Of a stretch of DNA of 25,000 bases, positions 21,330-25,000 are shown piece by piece; position 1 is the first letter of the stretch, and each line of letters starts with the position of its first letter. The stretch comes from Takakia lepidozioides (taxonomy: Eukaryota; Plantae; Bryophyta): the NCBI GenBank assembly GCA_030704615.1, contig JAKLZA010000098.1, forward strand, positions 1-25,000. The letters run 5' to 3'. The translations under genes and the position numbers were made by a program. The notes beneath the pieces are model-generated. The model ran no database searches. It worked only from the letters and a program-made list of their open reading frames with translations, and was not told the DNA's origin.

Positions 21330-22525
21330 ATGCCCATATTATCCAAAGTGGATTGAAAACGAACATCTTTCTACACCCTTGTAGACATGTATGCCAAGTG
21401 TCAGAGCTTGGTGGATGCACGCCAAGAAAATGCATGAACGCACCTCATTCCTTGGACTATTATGATAGCAGGATATACCAAGCGTGGGTGTGCTAGGGAA
21501 GATACGCCAAATTGTGACACCGGACGAGGTTACTTTTATCTGGGTTCTCAACATGTGGGCCAGCCTTAAGAAGAAAAAGAACAGAGTCTGTATATGAATA
21601 GCTTATTGAAAGAATGCTACTCAATGCAGGTTAGCAGCCCTGCAAGAAGGCAAAGGAGTTCATTCTGCCATCATCAAAGCTGGCATTCTGCCAGATATCA
21701 TTCTCTAGATAGCCCTTACTGGCATGTAAGCCAAATGCGGAAGTGTAACTAATTCACACCATTTTGGACGATATGGCCGAGAGAGATGTGGTTTCATGGA
21801 ATGTGATGATAGCAGGATATGCTCAGGATGGGTGTGGTAGACAGTCATACAGACCTATGAACAAGTGCAGCGGGAGAGGGTTACGCTCGACAATGTTCAT
21901 TGGCATTCGCAATGCATGTGCGAGCTTAGGAGTCCTTGAGGAGGGCAAAATATCCATGCTGAGATCTGCAAAACTGGAATTCCGTGAGATATGATTCTGG
22001 AAACTGTCCTGGTTCACATCAAAATGCGGAAGCATGAAGGATGAAGATATAGGGAGGCTTTTGAGATCTATGGGCAAATGATCAAAGTCACATTCGTTGG
22101 TGGTCTCAATGCATGTGCCAGTCTAGGAGCCCTTAAAAAATAAAGATGAATGCTGACATCGGCAGTGCTGGCATGGCGGGAGATATCGTTCTGATGGCTC
22201 TTGTTGACATGTACACCAAATGGGGAGCATGAAGGATGCACTCCAGGTGTTCACTAATATGATAACCGAGATGTTGCAAGATATACTCATCGTGAGTGTG
22301 GCAGGGAGGCTTTCCAAATCTATGAGGAAATGATGCAGGAAGGGATGATGCCCAACAAGGTCACTTCCATTTCTGTTCTCAATTCGTGTGCTGGCCTGGC
22401 AGCCCTTGGAAAGTGTGGTGTATGCTGCATGTGAGAGCATGAAGGATGCATGGTAAATGTTCGACAGTATGGCTCAACAAAATGTGGTGTCATGGAACGC
22501 CATGATTGCAGGATATGCTCAGTCT
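21330..22525 (+). pseudogene. Decayed PLS-class pentatricopeptide repeat (PPR) gene
   Basis: Repeated TLVDMYAKCQSLVDARQ, ALQEGKGVHSAIIKAG...M*AKCGS, ERDVVSWNVMIAGYAQDG, ALVDMYTKWGSMKDALQVF and QNVVSWNAMIAGYAQ, with many stops and frameshifts. No E or DYW domain seen. Confidence 0.9.
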
Positions 22526-23782
22526 GTCATCCAGCATCAAACAATACATGTCATTGATTGCTGGGGATTTTAATATGGCGGCATTCCAAGTGCAAGAGTT
22601 GAGGTCACAGTCTGGCAGTGGACTGGTTTTAGTTGTGGGTACTTGTTTCAAATTTCCTGAGACATTTGTCCAGTTTTACAGGCCCTATGACAAAGTCATG
22701 AAGTAAACTTTGAGAAGCTGTCTAAACTTTTGTTTGAACTGGTTGCATAGCTGCTGTGACCATTTGGGAATCAGACTTTAGCCTCCTGATTTCTGTGATC
22801 TATACTCCGGCAACATGAAACTTGATGTGTTTATGTGGGACTGGAAGTGTTTGATTGTGTTGGGTCTTCTTCACTGGAATTTGCGAAATACACAAGATAT
22901 GATGGATGCAGTAGTTGATGTGATGGGTGTAAAGAGTACAATGTGTTGAGATTTGTTATGCAGGCTTCTCTTCAGCACAATGGAAGGTGGGCGTGTGTGG
23001 ATGTCAGTGTGTGTTTGTGCCCAAAGAATGTTCTATTGTTAGCAGGACAGTAAAGTAGACAATTAAAGACTGATTGACAAATTGTGATGCAAAGCCTCTC
23101 CGCACCCCCCAAAACCTGTCAGTCCACCCTTACATACCACTAGCGAGTGACGATTTTATAAATGAGGCAGATTCCGAAGACACCCCCAACATAACAGCGG
23201 TGTGAATTATTATACAAATGCATGTCTATGAACAAGGGCATATGCATGTGCAAGTACCCTGCAGTGCTGCAGCTCCACTACATAATTTTGAACGCAGACA
23301 TGATCTTGGGAACTCTTGAAACCAAGACTGATCAATTTGCAAGCCTTTATAGAGGCATCAACATGTATCCAAGCTAGGAAAATTGCCCTCTGACCATCCA
23401 GTCTTTTGGGATCCTCCTTTTGAACCTTCAACTGATTATTGCAATGCATCAACCTGCTCTGCATTGAGGCTTCCACATCTGCATTGACTCCACCGCTACT
23501 ATTTCTTGCTCATTCACGAAATTGTCATCATCTCATGGGCAGCACACAAGGTGCACAAGAGGTCGTTGCCTGAAGGAGAAAGATATTTTATTTCCTCCTA
23601 CTTGTCACTTACAACAACCTGGAAATTGCCTCTTCATTGGCAACCCATTCAATTGGTGGGAAGAATGAGGATACATGTATGTCAGCTACAGATGTACAGA
23701 TTCAAAGAGGAGTCAAGGTATAAAAAGAACTAAGGTGGACCCTTTTGACATGACTCGAGTACATCCTGTAGCACCCACTCAC

Positions 23783-24043
23783 CTTCTTATCTGCCAGATG
23801 TGCAAATGTTAGAGTCTCCTGTCCTGTAGATTGCAGAATGCAGCACTTGTTGATTTTTCTATTACGTTATGTACACACTCTTTTTTTTATTTGAACAAAG
23901 TAGTGAATTCCGGAGAAACCATACAGAAAAACAAAGGAAGTGGACTCCCCTATTACCTAAGCAGCAATGGCATAGGCCACGGACTTCTTGTTGGACTTTT
24001 GCAGCTCTGCAGCTATAAGAACCTCATCCATGATGAAGTAGGC
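23783..24043 (-). pseudogene. 3' exon(s) of an AP-1 complex sigma subunit gene (fragment)
   Basis: Exon 24043-23957 (ttgcag|...|gtaata, 87 nt) encodes AYFIMDEVLIAAELQKSNKKSVAYAIAA*, matching the AP1-sigma segment AYYILDELLIAGELQESSKKTVARIIAAQ with CAG>TAG. A further 41-nt exon with strong splice sites lies at 23823-23783. Confidence 0.8.
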
Positions 24044-24069
24044 CTGCAAGCCCAGAGTGACATCCTTAC

Positions 24070-24977
<908 letters not shown>

Positions 24978-25000
24978 CTGCAACAGAAAACAAGGGTGGG

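Noticed and set aside
23139-23180. Helitron 3' end (CTAG followed by T on the minus strand)
   Set aside because: No GC-rich hairpin at the expected distance from the CTAG.
23210-23476. 88-aa minus-strand ORF
   Set aside because: No recognisable homology; more likely UTR-like sequence of the captured fragment.

Overview
Eukaryotic land-plant genomic DNA with GT-AG introns. PLS-class PPR repeats and the retroelement style suggest a non-seed lineage, but that is inference. From left to right: (1) a probable LTR (66-528, minus). (2) A decayed Ty3/gypsy pol region (~700-4600, minus) with the unusual order PR - dUTPase-like - RT - RNase H - INT, and a nested PPT+LTR fragment between the dUTPase-like domain and RT. 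(3) A frameshifted BAHD acyltransferase pseudogene (5398-6995). (4) Two orphan exons of an ANTH/PICALM clathrin-assembly gene (~8205-8582). (5) An intact 4-coding-exon DRD1-like SNF2 remodeller (9399-12995, minus). (6) An intact 10-exon SGT1 co-chaperone gene (14358-19079, minus), head-to-head across 332 bp with a 3-exon SCNM1-like zinc-finger gene (19412-21282, plus). (7) A decayed PLS-PPR pseudogene. (8) A minus-strand chimera of gene fragments: an internally deleted PRP22-like DEAH helicase joined to the 3' exons of an AP-1 sigma subunit gene. The most novel-looking items are the dUTPase-like domain in a plant gypsy element and the two zones of captured host exons. All exon models were derived by hand from splice signals and reading-frame phase. 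Protein identities come from motif recognition, not database searches.
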